Source: Myxococcota bacterium
Lineage (GTDB): Bacteria > Myxococcota_A > UBA796 > CAJQPC01
Length of the DNA stretch: 64,000 nt
Reading direction: 5' to 3'
NCBI GenBank assembly: GCA_036229005.1
Contig: JAZAMN010000011.1
Location: 1 to 64,000, forward strand
The notes beneath the pieces were generated by a model that saw nothing but the letters and a program-made list of their open reading frames with translations, was not told the origin of the DNA and searched no databases. The position numbers and the translations under genes were made by a program. Shown in pieces: positions 52,742 to 61,668 of this stretch; the first letter of the stretch is position 1; each line of letters opens with the position of its first letter.

Positions 52742-54844
52742 CTACCCGCGCGCGAGCAACCGCAGCGCCATCCGCAGCTCCCAGGACCGCCGGGCCTTGC
52801 GGCGCAGCACCGCCAGGGTCTGCGCGTCCGCAGCGTCCCCCAGGCGCGCTGCCTGGACCAGCTCCAGCACCTGGACCATCTCCGGCGCCCTCCCCCAGCG
52901 GCGGGCCTGCGCGAGCTGCTTCTCGGCCCGGACAGGCTGGCCCAGCTCCAGCGCACACCACGCACTCCAGCAGGCCGCGAAGCTCGCGAACGCAGGCCGC
53001 CCCGCGCTGGCGTGTCCTTGGATGCTGGCCTGCAGGTGGCCGACCGCCTCCTCGACGAGCCCGTCCTGGAGGGCCAGAATGCCCAGCACCCCCTGCGCCA
53101 TCGCGGCTGTGCGGGGCTCGCCGAGCCGCCCCGCGGCGTTCAGCGCCCGCCCAAGGTCCTCGCGGGCCAACACCCCTGTGCGCTGCGCCACCCGGAGCAT
53201 GCCCCAGCGGAGGGGGTGCAGCGCGTGCTGGAGGTCGAAGTTGATGCCCTCCAGCAAGGGATCCACCGCCTCCAACTGGGCCTGAGCGCGCCCATAGGCC
53301 CCGATCTCGAGCAGATGCCTGGCCAGGGTGCCGCGGGCGCGAGCCTCCTGCCTGGCCTCACCGCGCTCCCGGTGCCCGCGGACCAGCCGCTCCAGGGTGG
53401 CCTCCCCCTCTGTGTCCCGCTCCACCCGAAGCTGAACCTGCGCCAGGTTGGCCAGGAAGCTGGCCTGCAGTCGCCTGTCCTCGCTGGCGTCCAGAGCTCT
53501 CTGGTAGTCGGCGATAGCCGCGGGCCACTGGCTGCGAGATTGGTGGACCACGGCGCGCTGACCAAAGGCCATCGACCTCGAAGCCTCTCCCCCAGGGGAC
53601 TCCGCCCGGCGCACGCCCGCCTCCGCCGCCTCCGCCGCCTCGCTGAGCTGGCCCCGTAGCCGCAGCCACTCCGAGCGCACCTGCCAGAGCTCGCTGGCCT
53701 CATGCGCCGGGAGCTGCGTCACCCGGGAGAGGAGCGCCTCGTGCTGTTCGCGGAGCCACCCTTCGTGCCCCAAGCGCCGGCAGGCCGTGTCCAGCGAGAC
53801 CACCAGCCGCACCGCCAACGCGCGCTCGTCGGGACGCTCCGTGATCAAGCGCTCCAGCTCCGGGCGCAGCCCCACCAGCTCCGCAGCAGCCTCGCCACCG
53901 CGGGGGCCATGGACCTGGGTACGCAGCGAAGCGACCCGCGCCTCCAGCCACTGCATCCAGCGCCTCCAGTGCTCCGGACCGGCCTGTCGCCGCGCGAGCG
54001 CCTGGAAGGGCGTGGGCAGGTAGAGGCTCCCCGGGGGCTCCCAGCTCACCCAGCCCTGCCGGTGAAGGCGCTCCAGCTCTGAGCGGCCCACCAGCGCAGC
54101 GGCCTCCGGGACCGAGAGGCGTGGCCGCGCGGCGCAGGCCAGAGTCCGCAGCGCGTCCCCACCCCCAAGACGCTCCCAGCGCTCCGAGCAAGCGGCCCAC
54201 CAGCGCGGCGCCACCGACTCGGGCTCTGTCGTGAGGGCCTGCAGAAGCGCCCGCCCTGTCATCAAGCGGGCCCGCGCGCCAAGCTCCAGGCAGGGGCCGG
54301 GCAGGTGCCCCACCAGGGCGCAGAGCTCCGCCGCCTCCGGCACCTCCCGACCTGCTGCCCGCAGCAACAAGTCCCCGGCCAGCTCGGGCGCAAGTCCCCC
54401 CAAGGTCAGCGCCCCCTGCGCGGGTCCGAGGCTGCGCCCCAAAGCCTGGGCCACCGCAGCACACCCCGCCCCTGGAGGCCCCCAGACGCTCAGCGACTCC
54501 CCTCGGGCCAGGTACGCGAACGCGGCGCGGCGCCCCAGAAGGTGGGTGACCGGTCCGCTATCCGACAGCTCCAGCCGGTACCCCTGGCCGTACACGGAAA
54601 GCAGGAGGCGCGGGTGCTTGGGGTCCGGCTCCAGCTTCCGGCGGAGCTCCGAGACCACCCGGTCGACGCGCCGCGCCGATGCCTGGGGCAGCAGCGTCTC
54701 CCGCGCACACACCCCACCGCCACTCTCCAGCAGTCGGCTCAAGAGCTCGACCTCTTGCGGAGTCAGCCCGACCGGACCTGCCGGCCCACGCAGCACGGCC
54801 GCGTCAAGATCCAGCTCCAGCGCTCCCAGACGCCACACGGACAT
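52742..54844 (-). CDS. Winged-helix (OmpR/PhoB-type) transcription regulator with degenerate NTPase region and TPR repeats
   Basis: LTPQEVELL...VDRVVSELRRKLEPDPKHPRLLLSVYGQGYRL. SVWGPPGAGCA (degenerate Walker A), VGHLP (GLPL-like), TPR-like helices. Confidence 0.8.
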   Translation of the reverse strand: MSVWRLGALELDLDAAVLRGPAGPVGLTPQEVELLSRLLESGGGVCARETLLPQASARRVDRVVSELRRKLEPDPKHPRLLLSVYGQGYRLELSDSGPVTHLLGRRAAFAYLARGESLSVWGPPGAGCAAVAQALGRSLGPAQGALTLGGLAPELAGDLLLRAAGREVPEAAELCALVGHLPGPCLELGARARLMTGRALLQALTTEPESVAPRWWAACSERWERLGGGDALRTLACAARPRLSVPEAAALVGRSELERLHRQGWVSWEPPGSLYLPTPFQALARRQAGPEHWRRWMQWLEARVASLRTQVHGPRGGEAAAELVGLRPELERLITERPDERALAVRLVVSLDTACRRLGHEGWLREQHEALLSRVTQLPAHEASELWQVRSEWLRLRGQLSEAAEAAEAGVRRAESPGGEASRSMAFGQRAVVHQSRSQWPAAIADYQRALDASEDRRLQASFLANLAQVQLRVERDTEGEATLERLVRGHRERGEARQEARARGTLARHLLEIGAYGRAQAQLEAVDPLLEGINFDLQHALHPLRWGMLRVAQRTGVLAREDLGRALNAAGRLGEPRTAAMAQGVLGILALQDGLVEEAVGHLQASIQGHASAGRPAFASFAACWSAWCALELGQPVRAEKQLAQARRWGRAPEMVQVLELVQAARLGDAADAQTLAVLRRKARRSWELRMALRLLARG

Positions 54845-54848
54845 TCTC

Positions 54849-54862
54849 CGGACAATTGTCCG
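54849..54862. promoter_or_regulatory. Perfect 14-bp palindrome, candidate operator
   Basis: CGGACAATTGTCCG, just upstream of the regulator ATG (54844) in the divergent intergenic region. Confidence 0.45.
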
Positions 54863-54939
54863 CCACATAGCCGGCTGGAGGAGCCGGGGCCCGGGTACCT
54901 CTGGAGTGTCCCCGCTCGGGACCCAACAGGAGACACAGC

Positions 54940-55365
54940 ATGCGCACGACCCACGCCCTCTTCGGCCTCTTCATCCTCATCGGCACCGCCTGCACTGGAG
55001 GCGGCATGGACAGCGGCTGGGGCGACGACACCGGCAGCTTCGGCGGCGGCGGTGGTGGTGGTGGTGGCGGCGGCACCTGCGGCGGCGACTTCGACGGGAA
55101 CGTGGTCGACGAGGGCAACCGCAGCCACAGCTTCAGCGTCAACGAGGACCGGGAGGTCACCCTGACCCTGGACTGGGACAGCAGCTCCGATCTCGACCTG
55201 CACCTCAGCACGGCCAGCGGCGACGAGCTCACCCGCTCCGAGACCGACGGCGGCGGCACCGGCGAGGAGATCTCCATGGAGCTCCAGGCCGGCGACTACG
55301 TCGCGACGGTCGTCCAGTGGGACGAGACCGACACCGACTACGAGCTCGAGGTCGCCTGCGACTGA
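54940..55365 (+). CDS. Small lipoprotein with Gly-rich linker and PPC-like beta-sandwich domain
   Basis: AGGAG RBS, LIGTAC lipobox, TLTLDWDSSSDLDLHL, EEISMELQAGDYVATV, YELEV. Confidence 0.8.
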   Translation: MRTTHALFGLFILIGTACTGGGMDSGWGDDTGSFGGGGGGGGGGGTCGGDFDGNVVDEGNRSHSFSVNEDREVTLTLDWDSSSDLDLHLSTASGDELTRSETDGGGTGEEISMELQAGDYVATVVQWDETDTDYELEVACD

Positions 55366-55420
55366 GGCTCCCCGGGGGGGGGACTCCAACCGGGCGCCCC
55401 CCGTCCGGCCGACTCGAGGC

Positions 55421-56164
55421 CTACTCGCAGGCCGTCCCGGTCGCGCCGTCAAAGCTCCAGTCCGCGCAGCCGTCGCAGCCCGCGCCGTCCCAGGTGTAGA
55501 CCAGGTCCCCGGCCGAGTGGCCGGACAGGGTCAGGGTGCCGGCGTCGAACTCGTCGCTGCAGGTGCCCGCGTTGCTGATCGAGCCGCTCGCGGTCAACAC
55601 CACGCTGGCGCCGTCCTGCGCGTAGGTCATCAGGCCCGAGAAGTTCGAGCTGCCCTCGCCGTTGAAGAGCCCGTTGCCGTAGCCCTGCCAGTCATCGACG
55701 CCGTAGTCCGCGTAGGTCAGGGTGAGCTGCTGGCCCTCGTAGTCCAGGTCCACGGCCAGGTCGCTGGTCAGGGCCGCGCCGATGTCGATGTTCCCGGTCA
55801 CGGTGACCTCGCTGTTGCCGAAGTCTGTCATCGCGATGCTGCCAGCCGAGTCGCCCGTCTCGGTGAGCACAGCGGTGCCGGTCCAAGCGGTCCCCTCGGT
55901 ATCCGTGCAGTCCCCGCTCAAGGTGGTCACGGTCTCGCTGGTGGCCACCACGCTGGGGCAGTCGGTGGCATCGCCCGCGGCCATGAAGCCCACGACGAAG
56001 GCATAGGCCATCGGCAGCTGAGCGGCGGTGTAGGCCAGCTCCGGGTCCAGCTCCGCCTCTCCGCCCGAGGCGGTGTCCGCAGTGCCCGAGGTGTCGTCGA
56101 TCTTCACGCCGGTGCAGGCCAGCATCAGCAGGAAGGAGAGGACGGTCGTGGTGCGCAGGGTCAT
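55421..56164 (-). CDS. Hypothetical lipoprotein, paralog of 52028..52741
   Basis: GGAGGT RBS, LLMLAC lipobox, Cys pattern and motifs shared with 52028..52741. Confidence 0.85.
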   Translation of the reverse strand: MTLRTTTVLSFLLMLACTGVKIDDTSGTADTASGGEAELDPELAYTAAQLPMAYAFVVGFMAAGDATDCPSVVATSETVTTLSGDCTDTEGTAWTGTAVLTETGDSAGSIAMTDFGNSEVTVTGNIDIGAALTSDLAVDLDYEGQQLTLTYADYGVDDWQGYGNGLFNGEGSSNFSGLMTYAQDGASVVLTASGSISNAGTCSDEFDAGTLTLSGHSAGDLVYTWDGAGCDGCADWSFDGATGTACE

Positions 56165-56301
56165 GGGTCTACCTCCAAGCGCCCCTATCCCACCGCGCCC
56201 CGAGAGCCCCTGGACGCAAGCGAGGAGATCGTGCTCTTTTTCAAGGAATCCGATATACTACGCACTGATCCCTAGTCCACGCTTCGGTCAAGGCTCTTCA
56301 C

Positions 56302-57594
56302 ATGTCAACCCTCCGCGCTCGCATCGCCGCCACGGCCATCGTCGGCTCCCTCGCCGTCGCTGTCGCAGCCCTGATTCCCTGGCCGAGCCGCACCCAGGCC
56401 CAGCCCGAGCCCGTCGTGGAGCCCGCCCCCACCCTGCCCGAGCCGGAGCCCGAGCCCCGCTTCACGCAGGTCTCCCACAAGATCAAGCGCGGCCAGGCCC
56501 TGGGCAGCATCCTGCCCGACTACGGCGTGCACCAGGTCGACGCGGTGGTCGAAGCCGCTCTGCCCTGGGTGGACCTGCGCAAGATCTACGCCGGCAAGGA
56601 GCTGCACTTCACCCAGGACCGGGAGCTCGGCGGCAAGACCGTCGAGATGCGCTACGTCCTGGACGAAGACCACACCCTGGTCGTGGACCTGAGCGGCGAG
56701 ACCCCCACCGCCTCCGTGGACGAGGTCCTCTACACCGCCCAGCCCGAAGAGAAGGTGCTGATCGTGGACGGCAGCCTCTGGGCCGCCGCTGTGGAGGCCG
56801 GCCTGCGTCCCGCCGACATCGTGCGCATCGCCAAGGTCTTCCAGTACGACGTGGACTTCAACACCGAGCTGCAGGCCGGCGCGCGCTTCTCGGTCATCGG
56901 CCAGGCGCTCTACCGGGAGGACGGAAGCTACGCCAAGATGGGCGAGCTGCAGGCCGTGCGCCTGGAGAACAAGGGCGAGACCTTCACCGCCATCCACTAC
57001 GTCCACAGCGACGGCGAGACCGACGGCTGGTACCACCCGGACGGCACCGCCTCCAAGAAGCCCTTCCTGCGCAGCCCCCTGGACTTCGCGCGGGTCACCA
57101 GCGGCTTCTCCACCGGCCGCTTCCACCCCGTCCTCAAGAAGAAGCGCAAGCACCTGGGCACCGACTTCGGCTGCCCCACCGGGACCCCCGTGCGGGCCAC
57201 CGGCGACGGCGTGGTCAAGGTCGCCAAGACCCACGGCGGCCACGGCAAGCACGTGGTCGTCCAGCACCCTGGCGGCCGCGTCACCAAGTACAGCCACCTG
57301 AGCGCCTACAAGGTCAAGCCCGGCCAGAGCGTCAAGCAGGGCCAGGTCATCGCGCTCTCCGGCAACACCGGCATGAGCACCGGCCCCCACCTGCACTACG
57401 AGCTGCACGTGGGCGGCAAGCCCGTGGACGCCATGACCGTCAAGCTGCCCAACACCGAGTCCATCCCCTCCGGCGAGAAGTCGGCGTTCAACGCCCAGAA
57501 GGCACTCCTGGTCGCGCAGCTTGATGAGCTCGCCAAGCCCCAGGACACCGGCGGGCCCGCGCTGGCCGATGGCGGCCCCTCGCCGGCGGAGTGA
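56302..57594 (+). CDS. M23 family peptidoglycan DD-endopeptidase (MepM/YebA-like)
   Basis: N-terminal TM, FLRSPL, VTSGF, RFHPVLK, HLGTDF (HxxxD), YSHL, GNTGMSTGPHLHYE (HxH). Confidence 0.92.
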   Translation: MSTLRARIAATAIVGSLAVAVAALIPWPSRTQAQPEPVVEPAPTLPEPEPEPRFTQVSHKIKRGQALGSILPDYGVHQVDAVVEAALPWVDLRKIYAGKELHFTQDRELGGKTVEMRYVLDEDHTLVVDLSGETPTASVDEVLYTAQPEEKVLIVDGSLWAAAVEAGLRPADIVRIAKVFQYDVDFNTELQAGARFSVIGQALYREDGSYAKMGELQAVRLENKGETFTAIHYVHSDGETDGWYHPDGTASKKPFLRSPLDFARVTSGFSTGRFHPVLKKKRKHLGTDFGCPTGTPVRATGDGVVKVAKTHGGHGKHVVVQHPGGRVTKYSHLSAYKVKPGQSVKQGQVIALSGNTGMSTGPHLHYELHVGGKPVDAMTVKLPNTESIPSGEKSAFNAQKALLVAQLDELAKPQDTGGPALADGGPSPAE

Positions 57595-57636
57595 GCTGGG
57601 CCTCCAGATGAGCGCGCCGGCGTATAGAGTGGGGCC

Positions 57637-59568
57637 ATGGTGCTCCTGGCTCTGATCCCACTGCTCCCCACCGCCCAGGCCGCCGTGGCCCCCGTTCAGC
57701 AGGCCTGGATCCGCCTCCCCGACGAGGACACCCGGGCGCAAGCCGAGTCGATGGGCGCGAACTTCGCCGAGGGCGTGGACGGGCCCTGGGTGCTCATGGA
57801 CGCCCGCGCTGACGACTGGCCGGCCCTGCAGGCGCGCTTCGAGACGCGCGCAGCGCCCGCCACCATCGCGCCCCCCAGCCCCGAGGGCTACCGCAGCGCC
57901 GAGGAGATCAACGCGGCCCTGCGGACGATGGCCGAGGACCCCGCCGCCACCCTGCTGGACCTGGGCGAGAGCGGGGAGGGCCGCCCCATCCTGGGCCTGT
58001 CCATCGGCCCCCAGGACGCCCCCGCATTCCGCATCCTGGGCGCGCACCACGGCGACGAGGCCCCCTCCGCCGAGCTGGCCCTGGCCGTCGCGGAGGCCGT
58101 GCTCGGGGGAGAGGGCGCGTGGGCTGGGCTCAGCGAGTCCCTGCACCTGGTCGTGGTGCCCGTGGTCAACCCGGACGGCCTGGAAGCCGGCAGCCGCTAC
58201 AACGCCAGCGGCGTCGATCTGAACCGGAACTACGACTACGAGTGGGGCGAGGGGGCCTTCCGCGGGCCGGCCCCCTTCTCGGAGCCCGAGACCCGGGCCG
58301 TACGCACCCTGAGCCTCTACCACCCCTTCCACGCCGGCCTGAGCCTGCACACCGGCGCGCTGAACCTGGGCTGGCCCTGGAACCACACCACCGAGCTCTC
58401 CCCCGACGAGGACCGGATGGCCGCACTGGGCGAGGCCTACGCGCGCTACTGCACCCACCCCGACTTCTACACGACCAACGGCGCGGCCTGGTACACCACC
58501 ACCGGGGACACCAACGACTGGTCGCTGGGCCGCCAGGGCACCCTGGACCTCACCCTCGAGGCCTGGGAGGACAAGCAGCCCGCCGCCAGCCAGCTCGACA
58601 CGGTCCTGAACACCCACCTGCGGGCCATCGCCGAGTTGCTGAGCACCCCCGTGCCGCTGCGCGTCCAGGTGGTCGACGCCCAGACCGGTCAGCCCCTGCA
58701 GGCCGAGCTCTCCGTCGGGGAGCGCGCCAGCCCCTTCTGGACGGGCCCGGACGGTGACGGCAGCCACATCCTGGAGGTCGGGATCTACACCCTGGAGACC
58801 CGGGCCCCCGGCTACACCACCGACACCCGCGAGCTGCGCCTGCCCGCCGAGGAGATCGTCAGCCTGGAGGTCGCGCTGGAGCCTGCCGATCTGTTGGAGC
58901 AGCGCCTGGAGCCCACCTTGCTGCCCTGCTGCGAGCCCACGGAGCTGCAGATCCTCGACGCCTCCGGTGCCCCCATCGACAGCCCCCCTGCCCTGCTGAC
59001 CCTCTCCCGCCCGGGCTTCGAGTCCAAGCGCCTCGCGCTGCGGGGGGACAGCTACCCCATCGACCCCAGCTACTACGCGCCCGGCCCGTGGACCGTGGAG
59101 AGCGAGCAGGGTGTGCTGCCCAACGCGCTGCTGGTGGCCTCGCAGGGGGGGCTGATCCGGCTGGAGGAGCTGCAGGTGGATGCTCAGACGGTGGACCTCA
59201 CCGCCTCGGGCTTGGGACCCAGCCCCTCCCTCTTCCTGCTCTCTGGGCCCACCCGAGGACTGACTCGGCTGGAGCTGCAGGAGCACAGCGACACCCACCT
59301 GCGCGCGGCCCTCCCCGAGGGGCTCTCGGGAACCGTGGACCTGCTGATCGTGTCCAGAGGAGAGCAGCTCGTCATCGCCGACCTGCTGGGAGAGCCCGAG
59401 CTGGATCCTGGAACCCCCGCTGAGCCTTTGGACACCGCGCCGCCTTGGCAGGGGCAACAGCTCGTCGGTTACGGCGGCTGCAGCTCCGCTCCCCGCCCTG
59501 TCCCTGGGAGCCTGTGGCTCTTGCTGGCCACCCCCCTGCTGCTCTGGAGAGCCCGCCGATGCGCATGA
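57637..59568 (+). CDS. M14 zinc carboxypeptidase with carboxypeptidase regulatory-like domain and MYXO-CTERM-like tail
   Basis: LGESGEGRPI, AHHGDE, PVVNPDG, RYNASGVDLNRNY, PFSEPETRAV, SLHT. Tail GGCSSA...LWLLLATPLLLWRARR. Confidence 0.88.
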   Translation: MVLLALIPLLPTAQAAVAPVQQAWIRLPDEDTRAQAESMGANFAEGVDGPWVLMDARADDWPALQARFETRAAPATIAPPSPEGYRSAEEINAALRTMAEDPAATLLDLGESGEGRPILGLSIGPQDAPAFRILGAHHGDEAPSAELALAVAEAVLGGEGAWAGLSESLHLVVVPVVNPDGLEAGSRYNASGVDLNRNYDYEWGEGAFRGPAPFSEPETRAVRTLSLYHPFHAGLSLHTGALNLGWPWNHTTELSPDEDRMAALGEAYARYCTHPDFYTTNGAAWYTTTGDTNDWSLGRQGTLDLTLEAWEDKQPAASQLDTVLNTHLRAIAELLSTPVPLRVQVVDAQTGQPLQAELSVGERASPFWTGPDGDGSHILEVGIYTLETRAPGYTTDTRELRLPAEEIVSLEVALEPADLLEQRLEPTLLPCCEPTELQILDASGAPIDSPPALLTLSRPGFESKRLALRGDSYPIDPSYYAPGPWTVESEQGVLPNALLVASQGGLIRLEELQVDAQTVDLTASGLGPSPSLFLLSGPTRGLTRLELQEHSDTHLRAALPEGLSGTVDLLIVSRGEQLVIADLLGEPELDPGTPAEPLDTAPPWQGQQLVGYGGCSSAPRPVPGSLWLLLATPLLLWRARRCA

Positions 59569-60779
59569 CCCCTCTGGCCCTGGCCCTGCTGTTGACCGCG
59601 TGTGACCGGGACCGGATGTACTCGGAGAACACCTTCTCCGACAACGTCTACCAGGCCTACGCGGAGTGCTCGCCCGGCGAGATCTCCTTTCTGACCGAGC
59701 GGCACGGCATCCAGACCGCGTTCGAGCCCTGCGGGTCGAACAACTTCGTGGCCTTCGCCTGGGCGCCGGATGGGGTGAACCTCTACTTCCAGCTCCCCCT
59801 GTCCGCGCACATCATGAACGGCGAGACCAAGGAGGTCGTGGCCCTCCCGACCGAGGTCCCCGTCTCCACCCCGGCCTGGCTGAGCCCGGAGCTGCTGGTG
59901 CTGCCCCTCAAGCCCTCGGCCGGCAAGGAGGCCCCCCGCCTGGTGCTCTTCGACCGCGTGCAGGCCAACATGAACACCCTGGAGCTGCGCGGCTACACCA
60001 ACCCCGAGCACCTGACGGCCAGCGGAGACCGGGACAAGGTCTACCTGAGCGCCGAGCAGGACGGTGCGCCCAAGCTGCTGCTGGCGGACTTCACCACCGG
60101 CGAGATCACGCCGGCCTTCCCCTGGCACAGCGGCCCCATCTCCGATCTGGACTTCGAGCCCACCCTGGGCCAGGTGGCCATCGCCAGCCAAGGCAGCGTC
60201 AAGGTCTACGACACGGAAGGCACGCTGCTCTACGCCTTCGACGACGCCAGCGGGGTCGACCTGCACCCTGGGGGCCGGTACATCGCCCTAGAGACCCTGG
60301 GCGACGCCATCTCGCCCTTTGACCAGCGCACCTGGAACGAGCTGAGCGACCAGTCCCGCGAGCGCGAAGAGCGCCGCATGCAGGAGTGGCTCGCCAAGCA
60401 GCCCGACTGGGTGGACAAGGAGGTGCAGCCGCCCGTGCTGGACGTGTTCGATGCGGGCACCCAGGAGCGCTACCGCCTGGGCTACGTCTACGGCGACCGC
60501 TTCCAGTGGTACCCGGCGCGGGACTACTACGCGTCCTTCGTGCTCTGGGGCCTGGAGGGCAAGGAGCTCAACCGCAACGTGGCCCTCACCCAGCTCCACG
60601 AGCGCCTGCGCATGGCGGCAAAGGGCACCTTCTCCCTGGGCGTCGAGCAGCGCCCCTACACCCCTGTTCCCGGCACCGAGGTGCCCAGCCTGGCGCCGGC
60701 TCAGGGCGGCGAGGGATCGGATGCGGGTGGATCCGAGAACACCGGGTCAACGAACACCCCCCCGGTGAACCCCGGGTGA
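59565..60779 (+). CDS. Lipoprotein, probable TolB-like beta-propeller
   Basis: ATGA overlap, MTPLALALLLTAC, FAWAPDGVNLYF, PAWLSP and LHPGGRYIAL propeller-blade-like motifs. Confidence 0.7.
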   Translation: MTPLALALLLTACDRDRMYSENTFSDNVYQAYAECSPGEISFLTERHGIQTAFEPCGSNNFVAFAWAPDGVNLYFQLPLSAHIMNGETKEVVALPTEVPVSTPAWLSPELLVLPLKPSAGKEAPRLVLFDRVQANMNTLELRGYTNPEHLTASGDRDKVYLSAEQDGAPKLLLADFTTGEITPAFPWHSGPISDLDFEPTLGQVAIASQGSVKVYDTEGTLLYAFDDASGVDLHPGGRYIALETLGDAISPFDQRTWNELSDQSREREERRMQEWLAKQPDWVDKEVQPPVLDVFDAGTQERYRLGYVYGDRFQWYPARDYYASFVLWGLEGKELNRNVALTQLHERLRMAAKGTFSLGVEQRPYTPVPGTEVPSLAPAQGGEGSDAGGSENTGSTNTPPVNPG

Positions 60780-60802
60780 ACGGTGACCCCCCAGGGTGGG
60801 GA

Positions 60803-60859
60803 GAAATCACCAAAATATTCGTGATTTCAATAACTTGAAGACTTGGCACAACTCCTGCT
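60803..60859 (+). promoter_or_regulatory. Sigma-54 type promoter with upstream IHF-like site and inverted repeat
   Basis: TGGCAC-AACTC-CTGCT at 60844-60859 (GG-N10-GC). TTTCAATAACTTG at 60825-60837 resembles WATCAANNNNTTR. GAAATCAC-N10-GTGATTTC at 60803-60828. AT-rich island. Confidence 0.7.
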
Positions 60860-60892
60860 TTGCACCTGGGTGCACACAGTCAGGAGGACCCC

Positions 60893-61642
60893 ATGTCCAC
60901 ACAAACCGCCCGTACGCCCACGGGTCGCCGAGAGGAGCTGATCTTGGCCCACTACCCGATGGTTCGGAAGGTGGCCTACCGGATGGTCAGTCGCTTCCCT
61001 TCTTGTGTCGAGGCTGAGGACCTCGTCACCATCGGCACGCTGGGCTTGATCGACGCCGTCGATCGCTTCGAGGAGACGCGCTCCATCAGCTTCTCGGCCT
61101 ACGCCCGCATCCGGGTACAGGGCGCCATCCTGGACGAGCTCCGCAAGGAGGACTGGATCCCCCGCAGCGTCCGCAATCGCCACCACAAGATCCAGGCGAC
61201 CCGCGATGACCTGCGCGAGAAGCTGGGCCGCGACCCCAGCCACAGCGAGCTGGCCGCCGCGATGGAGGTCACCACCGAGCGCCTGAGCGAGATGATCCAG
61301 AACTCCACCCTGCGCTCGCTGGTCTCCATGGAGGACAGCACCGGCGCGGGCGAGGAGCCCATCCACTCCACCCTCCAGTCCGACGACGAGTCCCCCTGGG
61401 ACGAGGCGGTGCAGCACGATGTCTCCGCCCGGGTGCGGGAAGCGCTGCAGTCCCTGCCGGACCGGGAGCGTCAGATCGTGGACCTGTACTACTACCGGGA
61501 TCTGTCCTTCAAGGAGATCGGCGAGCTGCTGGGGGTCACCGAGTCCCGCATCTCCCAGCTCCACAGCCGCCTGCGCAACCGCCTGATGAGCCGCCTGCAG
61601 GACCTGATGGACGACCCCATGGAGCTGCTGCGCGCCGCCTGA
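60893..61642 (+). CDS. fliA: FliA/WhiG family RNA polymerase sigma factor (sigma-28)
   Basis: AGGAGG RBS, EDLVTIGTLGLIDAVDRF, YARIRVQGAILDELRKEDWIPRSVR, LYYYRDLSFKEIGELLGVTESRISQLHS. Confidence 0.9.
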   Translation: MSTQTARTPTGRREELILAHYPMVRKVAYRMVSRFPSCVEAEDLVTIGTLGLIDAVDRFEETRSISFSAYARIRVQGAILDELRKEDWIPRSVRNRHHKIQATRDDLREKLGRDPSHSELAAAMEVTTERLSEMIQNSTLRSLVSMEDSTGAGEEPIHSTLQSDDESPWDEAVQHDVSARVREALQSLPDRERQIVDLYYYRDLSFKEIGELLGVTESRISQLHSRLRNRLMSRLQDLMDDPMELLRAA

Positions 61643-61668
61643 GGCCGCAGGGCCTGTGACTCGGAGGC

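Noticed and set aside
55041..55075. GGC/GGT trinucleotide run as a contingency repeat
   Set aside because: In-frame poly-Gly linker, so unit changes would not shift the frame.
56305..59457. 1050-aa minus-strand ORF
   Set aside because: Shadow of the M23 and M14 peptidase genes.
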